DNA from: the human T2T-CHM13v2.0 reference genome, Homo sapiens
Length of the DNA stretch: 64,000 nucleotides
NCBI RefSeq assembly: GCF_009914755.1
Contig: NC_060947.1
Strand: one strand, 5' to 3'
Positions 1 through 10,800 of this stretch are shown piece after piece; the stretch's first letter is position 1; every line of letters starts with the position of its first letter. The translations under genes were made by a program, and so were the position numbers. The notes below the pieces were generated by a model. It was not told where the DNA came from. It did not search any database and saw only the letters and a list, made by a program, of their open reading frames with translations.

Positions 1-284
1 AAAAGAGTGTTTGCAAACTGCTCTATCAAAAGGAATGTTCAACTCTGGGAGTTGAATGCAATCATCACAGAGCAGTTTCTGAGAATGCTTCTATGTCGTT
101 TTTAGGAGAAGATATTTCCTTTTCCAACACAGTCCTCCAAGCCCGCTAAATAGCCACTTGCACATTGTAGAAAAAGTGTGTCAAAGCTGCGCTATCAAAG
201 GGAAAGTTCAACTCTGTGAGGTGAATGCAAACATCCCAAAGAAGTTTCTGAGAATGCTTCCGTTTAGCTTTTAGGTGAAGATTA

Positions 285-301
285 TCCCGTTTCCAACGAA
301 A
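285..301 (-). promoter_or_regulatory. CENP-B box, canonical (recurs every 2,057 bp)
   Basis: TCCCGTTTCCAACGAAA is the reverse complement of TTTCGTTGGAAACGGGA, matching YTTCGTTGGAARCGGGA. Confidence 0.95.
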
Positions 302-330
302 CCTTCAAAGAGGTCCAAATATCCCCTTGC

Positions 331-336
331 GGATCC
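331..336. other. BamHI site, one per HOR (the classical ~2.0-kb DXZ1 fragment)
   Basis: GGATCC at 331, 2388, 4445 ... 62041. Confidence 0.9.
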
Positions 337-456
337 CACAGAAAGAGTGTTTCGAAACTGCTGTTTCAAAAGGAATCTTCAACTCTGTGAGTTGAATGCA
401 ATCATCACAAAGAAGTTTCTGACAATGCTTCTCTCTCGTCTTTCTGTGAAGATAAA

Positions 457-497
457 GGAAAAGGCTTTCAGGCCTTTTCCACCACAGGCCTGAAAGC
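457..497. repeat. Overlapping inverted repeats in the 186-bp monomer (recurs every 2,057 bp)
   Basis: GGAAAAGGC (457-465) pairs with GCCTTTTCC (472-480). GCTTTCAGGCCT (464-475) pairs with AGGCCTGAAAGC (486-497). Confidence 0.9.
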
Positions 498-641
498 GCT
501 CCAAATGTCCACTTGCAGATTCTGCCAAAAGAATATTTCAAAACTGCTCTATGAAAAGCAATGTTAAACTCTGTGGCTCGAACACAAACATCACAAAGCA
601 GTTTCTGAGAATGCTTCAGTTTAGTTTTTCTGTGGAAATAT

Positions 642-658
642 TCCCGTTTCCAAAGAAA
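642..658 (-). promoter_or_regulatory. Degenerate CENP-B box, predicted non-binding
   Basis: The minus strand reads TTTCTTTGGAAACGGGA; core TTCG is changed to TTCT. Confidence 0.75.
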
Positions 659-812
659 TCTTCAAAGAGGTCCACGTATCCACTTACAGATTCTACAAAA
701 AGACAGTTTCAAAACTGCTCCATCAAAAGGAGGGTTCAACTGTGTGACTTGAATGCAATCATCACTCAGAAGTTTCTGAGAATGCTTCTCTTTAGTTTTT
801 ACGTGAACATAT

Positions 813-829
813 ACCCGTTTCGAACGAAG
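813..829 (-). promoter_or_regulatory. CENP-B box variant with intact 9-bp core (recurs every 2,057 bp)
   Basis: The minus strand reads CTTCGTTCGAAACGGGT, which fits nTTCGnnnnAnnCGGGn. Confidence 0.85.
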
Positions 830-979
830 GCCAGCCAGTGGTCCAAATATCCACTTGCAGATTCTACAGAAAGAGTGTTTCGAACATGAACTCTCAAAGG
901 CAGGTTCATCTCTGCGAGTTAAATGCATTCATCATGAAGAACTTTCTCAGAGTGTTTGTGTTTAGTTATGGGAAATTAT

Positions 980-996
980 TCCCGTTTCCAACGAAA
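980..996 (-). promoter_or_regulatory. CENP-B box, canonical (recurs every 2,057 bp)
   Basis: TCCCGTTTCCAACGAAA on the plus strand. Confidence 0.95.
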
Positions 997-1321
997 TCCT
1001 CAGAGAGGTCCAAATATCCACCTGCAGATTCTACCAAAAGTGTATTTGGAAACTGCTCCATCAAAAGGCATGTTCAGCTCTGTGAGTGAAACTCCATCAT
1101 CACAAAGAATATTCTGAGAATGCTTCCGTTTGCCTTTTATATGAAGTTCCTTCGTATACGACCGTAGGCCTCAAAGCAGTCCAAATCTCCATTTGCAGAT
1201 TCTACAAAAAGAGTGATTCCAATCTGCTCTATCAATAGGATTGTTCAACTCCATGAGTTGAATGCCATCCTCACAAAGTAGTTTCTGAGAATGCTTCTAT
1301 CTAGTTTTTATGTGAAGATAT

Positions 1322-1338
1322 TTCCTTTTCCACCACAG
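1322..1338 (+). promoter_or_regulatory. A-box / pJalpha-like motif of A-type monomers (related motifs at 116, 471, 1151, 2002)
   Basis: TTCCTTTTCCACCACAG occupies the position of the CENP-B box and is close to the pJalpha consensus TTCCTTTTYCACCRTAG. Confidence 0.7.
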
Positions 1339-1492
1339 GCCTCAAAGCCCTCCAAACGTCCACTTGCAGATTCTCGAAAAAGAGTGTTTCATAGCTGCTC
1401 TTTCAAAAGGAAAGTTCAACTCTGGGAGTTGAATACAAACATCACAAAGTAGTTTCCGAGAATGCTTCTGTTTAGTTTTTATGTGAAGATGA

Positions 1493-1509
1493 TCCCGTTT
1501 CCAGTGAAA
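1493..1509 (-). promoter_or_regulatory. Degenerate CENP-B box, predicted non-binding
   Basis: The minus strand reads TTTCACTGGAAACGGGA; core TTCG is changed to TTCA. Confidence 0.75.
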
Positions 1510-1663
1510 TCTTCAAAGAGGTCCACATATCCCCTTGCAGATTCCAAAGAAAGAGGGTTTCAAAACTGCTCCATCAGAAGGATTGTTCAACTCTGTGAGT
1601 TGAATGCAGTCATCGCAGAAAACTTTCTGAGAATGCTTCTGTCTAGGTTTGATGTGAAGATAT

Positions 1664-1680
1664 AGACGTTTCAAACGAAG
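1664..1680 (-). promoter_or_regulatory. Degenerate CENP-B box, predicted non-binding
   Basis: The minus strand reads CTTCGTTTGAAACGTCT; core CGGG is changed to CGTC. Confidence 0.75.
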
Positions 1681-1830
1681 GCTACAAAGTGGTCAAAATA
1701 TACACTTGCAGATTCTACTACAAGGGTGTTGCAAACCTGAACTATCAAAGGAAGGTTCAACACTGTGAGTTGAATACAAACATCACAAAAAATGTTCTGA
1801 GTTTGCTTCCGTTCAGTTATGGGAAGTTGA

Positions 1831-1847
1831 TCCCGTTTCCAACGAAA
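1831..1847 (-). promoter_or_regulatory. CENP-B box, canonical (recurs every 2,057 bp)
   Basis: TCCCGTTTCCAACGAAA on the plus strand. Confidence 0.95.
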
Positions 1848-4800
1848 TCCTCAGAGAGGTCCAAATATCCCCTTGCAGATTCTACAAAACGTGTGTTTGG
1901 AAACTGCTCCATCATAACGAATGTTCAGCTCCCTGAGTTAAACTCCATCGTCACAAAGAATTTTCTGAGAGTGCTACCGTCTGGTTTTTATATGAAGCTC
2001 TTTCCTTCACTACCACAGGCCTCAAAGCGGTCCAAATCTCCACTTGCAGATTCTACAAAAAGAGTGTTTGCAAACTGCTCTATCAAAAGGAATGTTCAAC
2101 TCTGGGAGTTGAATGCAATCATCACAGAGCAGTTTCTGAGAATGCTTCTATGTCGTTTTTAGGAGAAGATATTTCCTTTTCCAACACAGTCCTCCAAGCC
2201 TGCTAAATAGCCACTTGCACATTGTAGAAAACGTGTGTCAAAGCTGCGCTATCAAAGGGAAAGTTCAACTCTGTGAGGTGAATGCAAACATCCCAAAGAA
2301 GTTTCTGAGAATGCTTCCGTTTAGCTTTTAGGTGAAGATTATCCCGTTTCCAACGAAACCTTCAAAGAGGTCCAAATATCCCCTTGCGGATCCCACAGAA
2401 AGAGTGTTTCGAAACTGCTGTTTCAAAAGGAATCTTCAACTCTGTGAGTTGAATGCAATCATCACAAAGAAGTTTCTGACAATGCTTCTCTCTCGTCTTT
2501 CTGTGAAGATAAAGGAAAAGGCTTTCAGGCCTTTTCCACCACAGGCCTGAAAGCGCTCCAAATGTCCACTTGCAGATTCTGCCAAAAGAATATTTCAAAA
2601 CTGCTCTATGAAAAGCAATGTTAAACTCTGTGGCTCGAACACAAACATCACAAAGCGGTTTCTGAGAATGCTTCAGTTTAGTTTTTCTGTGGAAATATTC
2701 CCGTTTCCAAAGAAATCTTCAAAGAGGTCCACGTATCCACTTACAGATTCTACAAAAAGACAGTTTCAAAACTGCTCCATCAAAAGGAGGGTTCAACTGT
2801 GTGACTTGAATGCAATCATCACTCAGAAGTTTCTGAGAATGCTTCTCTTTAGTTTTTACGTGAACATATACCCGTTTCGAACGAAGGCCAGCCAGTGGTC
2901 CAAATATCCACTTGCAGATTCTACAGAAAGAGTGTTTCGAACCTGAACTCTCAAAGGCAGGTTCATCTCTGCGAGTTAAATGCATTCATCATGAAGAACT
3001 TTCTCAGAGTGTTTGTGTTTAGTTATGGGAAATTATTCCCGTTTCCAACGAAATCCTCAGAGAGCTCCAAATATCCACCTGCAGATTCTACCAAAAGTGT
3101 ATTTGGAAACTGCTCCATCAAAAGGCATGTTCAGCTCTGTGAGTGAAACTCCATCATCACAAAGAATATTCTGAGAATGCTTCCGTTTGCCTTTTATATG
3201 AAGTTCCTTCCTATACGACCGTAGGCCTCAAAGCAGTCCAAATCTCCATTTGCAGATTCTACAAAAAGAGTGATTCCAATCTGCTCTATCAATAGGATTG
3301 TTCAACTCCATGAGTTGAATGCCATCCTCACAAAGTCGTTTCTGAGAATGCTTCTATCTAGTTTTTATGTGAAGATATTTCCTTTTCCACCACAGGCCTC
3401 AAAGCCCTCCAAACGTCCACTTGCAGATTCTCGAAAAAGAGTGTTTCATAGCTGCTCTTTCAAAAGGAAAGTTCAACTCTGGGAGTTGAATACAAACATC
3501 ACAAAGTAGTTTCCGAGAATGCTTCTGTTTAGTTTTTATGTGAAGATGATCCCGTTTCCAGTGAAATCTTCAAAGAGGTCCACATATCCCCTTGCAGATT
3601 CCAAAGAAAGAGGGTTTCAAAACTGCTCCATCAGAAGGATTGTTCAACTCTGTGAGTTGAATGCAGTCATCGCAGAAAACTTTCTGAGAATGCTTCTGTC
3701 TAGGTTTGATGTGAAGATATAGACGTTTCAAACGAAGGCTACAAAGTGGTCAAAATATACACTTGCAGATTCTACTACAAGGGTGTTGCAAACCTGAACT
3801 ATCAAAGGAAGGTTCAACTCTGTGAGTTGAATACAAACATCACAAAGAATGTTCTGAGTTTGCTTCCGTTCAGTTATGGGAAGTTGATCCCGTTTCCAAC
3901 GAAATCCTCAGAGAGGTCCAAATATCCCCTTGCAGATTCTACAAAACGTGTGTTTGGAAACTGCTCCATCATAACGAATGTTCAGCTCCCTGAGTTAAAC
4001 TCCATCGTCACAAAGAATTTTCTGAGAGTGCTACCGTCTGGTTTTTATATGAAGCTCTTTCCTTCACTACCACAGGCCTCAAAGCGGTCCAAATCTCCAC
4101 TTGCAGATTCTACAAAAAGAGTGTTTGCAAACTGCTCTATCAAAAGGAATGTTCAACTCTGGGAGTTGAATGCAATCATCACAGAGCAGTTTCTGAGAAT
4201 GCTTCTATGTCGTTTTTAGGAGAAGATATTTCCTTTTCCAACACAGTCCTCCAAGCCCGCTAAATAGCCACTTGCACATTGTAGAAAAAGTGTGTCAAAG
4301 CTGCGCTATCAAAGGGAAAGTTCAACTCTGTGAGGTGAATGCAAACATCCCAAAGAAGTTTCTGAGAATGCTTCCGTTTAGCTTTTAGGTGAAGATTATC
4401 CCGTTTCCAACGAAACCTTCAAAGAGGTCCAAATATCCCCTTGCGGATCCCACAGAAAGAGTGTTTCGAAACTGCTGTTTCAAAAGGAATCTTCAACTCT
4501 GTGAGTTGAATGCAATCATCCCAAAGAAGTTTCTGACAATGCTTCTCTCTCGTCTTTCTGTGAAGATAAAGGAAAAGGCTTTCAGGCCTTTGCCACCACA
4601 GGCCTGAAAGCGCTCCAAATGTCCACTTGCAGATTCTGCCAAAAGAATATTTCAAAACTGCTCTATGAAAAGCAATGTTAAACTCTGTGGCTCGAACACA
4701 AACATCACAAAGCAGTTTCTGAGAATGCTTCAGTTTAGTTTTTCTGTGGAAATATTCCCGTTTCCAAAGAAATCTTCAAAGAGGTCCACGTATCCACTTA

Positions 4801-7800
4801 CAGATTCTACAAAAAGACAGTTTCAAAACTGCTCCATCAAAAGGAGGGTTCAACTGTGTGACTTGAATGCAATCATCACTCAGAAGTTTCTGAGAATGCT
4901 TCTCTTTAGTTTTTACGTGAACATATACCCGTTTCGAACGAAGGCCAGCCAGTGGTCCAAATATCCACTTGCAGATTCTACAGAAAGAGTGTTTCGAACC
5001 TGAACTCTCAAAGGCAGGTTCATCTCTGCGAGTTAAATGCATTCATCATGAAGAACTTTCTCAGAGTGTTTGTGTTTAGTTATGGGAAATTATTCCCGTT
5101 TCCAACGAAATCCTCAGAGAGCTCCAAATATCCACCTGCAGATTCTACCAAAAGTGTATTTGGAAACTGCTCCATCAAAAGGCATGTTCAGCTCTGTGAG
5201 TGAAACTCCATCATCACAAAGAATATTCTGAGAATGCTTCCGTTTGCCTTTTATATGAAGTTCCTTCCTATACGACCGTAGGCCTCAAAGCAGTCCAAAT
5301 CTCCATTTGCAGATTCTACAAAAAGAGTGATTCCAATCTGCTCTATCAATAGGATTGTTCAACTCCATGAGTTGAATGCCATCCTCACAAAGTAGTTTCT
5401 GAGAATGCTTCTATCTAGTTTTTATGTGAAGATATTTCCTTTTCCACCACAGGCCTCAAAGCCCTCCAAACGTCCACTTGCAGATTCTCGAAAAAGAGTG
5501 TTTCATAGCTGCTCTTTCAAAAGGAAAGTTCAACTCTGGGAGTTGAATACAAACATCACAAAGTAGTTTCCGAGAATGCTTCTGTTTAGTTTTTATGTGA
5601 AGATGATCCCGTTTCCAGTGAAATCTTCAAAGAGGTCCACATATCCCCTTGCAGATTCCAAAGAAAGAGGGTTTCAAAACTGCTCCATCAGAAGGATTGT
5701 TCAACTCTGTGAGTTGAATGCAGTCATCGCAGAAAACTTTCTGAGAATGCTTCTGTCTAGGTTTGATGTGAAGATATAGACGTTTCAAACGAAGGCTACA
5801 AAGTGGTCAAAATATACACTTGCAGATTCTACTACAAGGGTGTTGCAAACCTGAACTATCAAAGGAAGGTTCAACTCTGTGAGTTGAATACAAACATCAC
5901 AAAGAATGTTCTGAGTTTGCTTCCGTTCAGTTATGGGAAGTTGATCCCGTTTCCAACGAAATCCTCAGAGAGGTCCAAATATCCCCTTGCAGATTCTACA
6001 AAACGTGTGTTTGGAAACTGCTCCATCATAACGAATGTTCAGCTCCCTGAGTTAAACTCCATCGTCACAAAGAATTTTCTGAGAGTACTACCGTCTGGTT
6101 TTTATATGAAGCTCTTTCCTTCACTACCACAGGCCTCAAAGCGGTCCAAATCTCCACTTGCAGATTCTACAAAAAGAGTGTTTGCAAACTGCTCTATCAA
6201 AAGGAATGTTCAACTCTGGGAGTTGAATGCAATCATCACAGAGCAGTTTCTGAGAATGCTTCTATGTCGTTTTTAGGAGAAGATATTTCCTTTTCCAACA
6301 CAGTCCTCCAAGCCCGCTAAATAGCCACTTGCACATTGTAGAAAAAGTGTGTCAAAGCTGCGCTATCAAAGGGAAAGTTCAACTCTGTGAGGTGAATGCA
6401 AACATCCCAAAGAAGTTTCTGAGAATGCTTCCGTTTAGCTTTTAGGTGAAGATTATCCCGTTTCCAACGAAACCTTCAAAGAGGTCCAAATATCCCCTTG
6501 CGGATCCCACAGAAAGAGTGTTTCGAAACTGCTGTTTCAAAAGGAATCTTCAACTCTGTGAGTTGAATGCAATCATCCCAAAGAAGTTTCTGACAATGCT
6601 TCTCTCTCGTCTTTCTGTGAAGATAAAGGAAAAGGCTTTCAGGCCTTTTCCACCACAGGCCTGAAAGCGCTCCAAATGTCCACTTGCAGATTCTGCCAAA
6701 AGAATATTTCAAAACTGCTCTATGAAAAGCAATGTTAAACTCTGTGGCTCGAACACAAACATCACAAAGCGGTTTCTGAGAATGCTTCAGTTTAGTTTTT
6801 CTGTGGAAATATTCCCGTTTCCAAAGAAATCTTCAAAGAGGTCCACGTATCCACTTACAGATTCTACAAAAAGACAGTTTCAAAACTGCTCCATCAAAAG
6901 GAGGGTTCAACTGTGTGACTTGAATGCAATCATCACTCAGAAGTTTCTGAGAATGCTTCTCTTTAGTTTTTACGTGAACATATACCCGTTTCGAACGAAG
7001 GCCAGCCAGTGGTCCAAATATCCACTTGCAGATTCTACAGAAAGAGTGTTTCGAACCTGAACTCTCAAAGGCAGGTTCATCTCTGCGAGTTAAATGCATT
7101 CATCATGAAGAACTTTCTCAGAGTGTTTGTGTTTAGTTATGGGAAATTATTCCCGTTTCCAACGAAATCCTCAGAGAGCTCCAAATATCCACCTGCAGAT
7201 TCTACCAAAAGTGTATTTGGAAACTGCTCCATCAAAAGGCATGTTCAGCTCTGTGAGTGAAACTCCATCATCACAAAGAATATTCTGAGAATGCTTCCGT
7301 TTGCCTTTTATATGAACTTCCTTCCTATACGACCGTAGGCCTCAAAGCAGTCCAAATCTCCATTTGCAGATTCTACAAAAAGAGTGATTCCAATCTGCTC
7401 TATCAATAGGATTGTTCAACTCCATGAGTTGAATGCCATCCTCACAAAGTAGTTTCTGAGAATGCTTCTATCTAGTTTTTATGTGAAGATATTTCCTTTT
7501 CCACCACAGGCCTCAAAGCCCTCCAAACGTCCACTTGCAGATTCTCGAAAAAGAGTGTTTCATAGCTGCTCTTTCAAAAGGAAAGTTCAACTCTGGGAGT
7601 TGAATACAAACATCACAAAGTAGTTTCCGAGAATGCTTCTGTTTAGTTTTTATGTGAAGATGATCCCGTTTCCAGTGAAATCTTCAAAGAGGTCCACATA
7701 TCCCCTTGCAGATTCCAAAGAAAGAGGGTTTCAAAACTGCTCCATCAGAAGGATTGTTCAACTCTGTGAGTTGAATGCAGTCATCGCAGAAAACTTTCTG

Positions 7801-10800
7801 AGAATGCTTCTGTCTAGGTTTGATGTGAAGATATAGACGTTTCAAACGAAGGCTACAAAGTGGTCAAAATATACACTTGCAGATTCTACTACAAGGGTGT
7901 TGCAAACCTGAACTATCAAAGGAAGGTTCAACTCTGTGAGTTGAATACAAACATCACAAAGAATGTTCTGAGTTTGCTTCCGTTCAGTTATGGGAAGTTG
8001 ATCCCGTTTCCAACGAAATCCTCAGAGAGGTCCAAATATCCCCTTGCAGATTCTACAAAACGTGTGTTTGGAAACTGCTCCATCATAACGAATGTTCAGC
8101 TCCCTGAGTTAAACTCCATCGTCACAAAGAATTTTCTGAGAGTACTACCGTCTGGTTTTTATATGAAGCTCTTTCCTTCACTACCACAGGCCTCAAAGCG
8201 GTCCAAATCTCCACTTCCAGATTCTACAAAAAGAGTGTTTGCAAACTGCTCTATCAAAAGGAATGTTCAACTCTGGGAGTTGAATGCAATCATCACAGAG
8301 CAGTTTCTGAGAATGCTTCTATGTCGTTTTTAGGAGAAGATATTTCCTTTTCCAACACAGTCCTCCAAGCCCGCTAAATAGCCACTTGCACATTGTAGAA
8401 AACGTGTGTCAAAGCTGCGCTATCAAAGGGAAAGTTCAACTCTGTGAGGTGAATGCAAACATCCCAAAGAAGTTTCTGAGAATGCTTCCGTTTAGCTTTT
8501 AGGTGAAGATTATCCCGTTTCCAACGAAACCTTCAAAGAGGTCCAAATATCCCCTTGCGGATCCCACAGAAAGAGTGTTTCGAAACTGCTGTTTCAAAAG
8601 GAATCTTCAACTCTGTGAGTTGAATGCAATCATCCCAAAGAAGTTTCTGACAATGCTTCTCTCTCGTCTTTCTGTGAAGATAAAGGAAAAGGCTTTCAGG
8701 CCTTTTCCACCACAGGCCTGAAAGCGCTCCAAATGTCCACTTGCAGATTCTGCCAAAAGAATATTTCAAAACTGCTCTATGAAAAGCAATGTTAAACTCT
8801 GTGGCTCGAACACAAACATCACAAAGCGGTTTCTGAGAATGCTTCAGTTTAGTTTTTCTGTGGAAATATTCCCGTTTCCAAAGAAATCTTCAAAGAGGTC
8901 CACGTATCCACTTACAGATTCTACAAAAAGACAGTTTCAAAACTGCTCCATCAAAAGGAGGGTTCAACTGTGTGACTTGAATGCAATCATCACTCAGAAG
9001 TTTCTGAGAATGCTTCTCTTTAGTTTTTACGTGAACATATACCCGTTTCGAACGAAGGCCAGCCAGTGGTCCAAATATCCACTTGCAGATTCTACAGAAA
9101 GAGTGTTTCGAACCTGAACTCTCAAAGGCAGGTTCATCTCTGCGAGTTAAATGCATTCATCATGAAGAACTTTCTCAGAGTGTTTGTGTTTAGTTATGGG
9201 AAATTATTCCCGTTTCCAACGAAATCCTCAGAGAGCTCCAAATATCCACCTGCAGATTCTACCAAAAGTGTATTTGGAAACTGCTCCATCAAAAGGCATG
9301 TTCAGCTCTGTGAGTGAAACTCCATCATCACAAAGAATATTCTGAGAATGCTTCCGTTTGCCTTTTATATGAAGTTCCTTCCTATACGACCGTAGGCCTC
9401 AAAGCAGTCCAAATCTCCATTTGCAGATTCTACAAAAAGAGTGATTCCAATCTGCTCTATCAATAGGATTGTTCAACTCCATGAGTTGAATGCCATCCTC
9501 ACAAAGTAGTTTCTGAGAATGCTTCTATCTAGTTTTTATGTGAAGATATTTCCTTTTCCACCACAGGCCTCAAAGCCCTCCAAACGTCCACTTGCAGATT
9601 CTCGAAAAAGAGTGTTTCATAGCTGCTCTTTCAAAAGGAAAGTTCAACTCTGGGAGTTGAATACAAACATCACAAAGTAGTTTCCGAGAATGCTTCTGTT
9701 TAGTTTTTATGTGAAGATGATCCCGTTTCCAGTGAAATCTTCAAAGAGGTCCACATATCCCCTTGCAGATTCCAAAGAAAGAGGGTTTCAAAACTGCTCC
9801 ATCAGAAGGATTGTTCAACTCTGTGAGTTGAATGCAGTCATCGCAGAAAACTTTCTGAGAATGCTTCTGTCTAGGTTTGATGTGAAGATATAGACGTTTC
9901 AAACGAAGGCTACAAAGTGGTCAAAATATACACTTGCAGATTCTACTACAAGGGTGTTGCAAACCTGAACTATCAAAGGAAGGTTCAACACTGTGAGTTG
10001 AATACAAACATCACAAAAAATGTTCTGAGTTTGCTTCCGTTCAGTTATGGGAAGTTGATCCCGTTTCCAACGAAATCCTCAGAGAGGTCCAAATATCCCC
10101 TTGCAGATTCTACAAAACGTGTGTTTGGAAACTGCTCCATCATAACGAATGTTCAGCTCCCTGAGTTAAACTCCATCGTCACAAAGAATTTTCTGAGAGT
10201 GCTACCGTCTGGTTTTTATATGAAGCTCTTTCCTTCACTACCACAGGCCTCAAAGCGGTCCAAATCTCCACTTGCAGATTCTACAAAAAGAGTGTTTGCA
10301 AACTGCTCTATCAAAAGGAATGTTCAACTCTGGGAGTTGAATGCAATCATCACAGAGCAGTTTCTGAGAATGCTTCTATGTCGTTTTTAGGAGAAGATAT
10401 TTCCTTTTCCAACACAGTCCTCCAAGCCTGCTAAATAGCCACTTGCACATTGTAGAAAACGTGTGTCAAAGCTGCGCTATCAAAGGGAAAGTTCAACTCT
10501 GTGAGGTGAATGCAAACATCCCAAAGAAGTTTCTGAGAATGCTTCCGTTTAGCTTTTAGGTGAAGATTATCCCGTTTCCAACGAAACCTTCAAAGAGGTC
10601 CAAATATCCCCTTGCGGATCCCACAGAAAGAGTGTTTCGAAACTGCTGTTTCAAAAGGAATCTTCAACTCTGTGAGTTGAATGCAATCATCACAAAGAAG
10701 TTTCTGACAATGCTTCTCTCTCGTCTTTCTGTGAAGATAAAGGAAAAGGCTTTCAGGCCTTTTCCACCACAGGCCTGAAAGCGCTCCAAATGTCCACTTG

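Larger units (their letters stand above)
116..2172. repeat. One HOR unit of 12 alphoid monomers (lengths 169,186,171,171,167,171,171,171,171,167,171,171)
   Basis: Box-equivalent positions are 116, 285, 471, 642, 813, 980, 1151, 1322, 1493, 1664, 1831, 2002 and 2173. The spacings sum to 2,057. Confidence 0.93.

Noticed and set aside
457-497. Hairpin as an intrinsic terminator or transposon terminal inverted repeat
   Set aside because: The context is eukaryotic satellite, with no associated gene, internal element or target-site duplication. It is reported only as a dyad.
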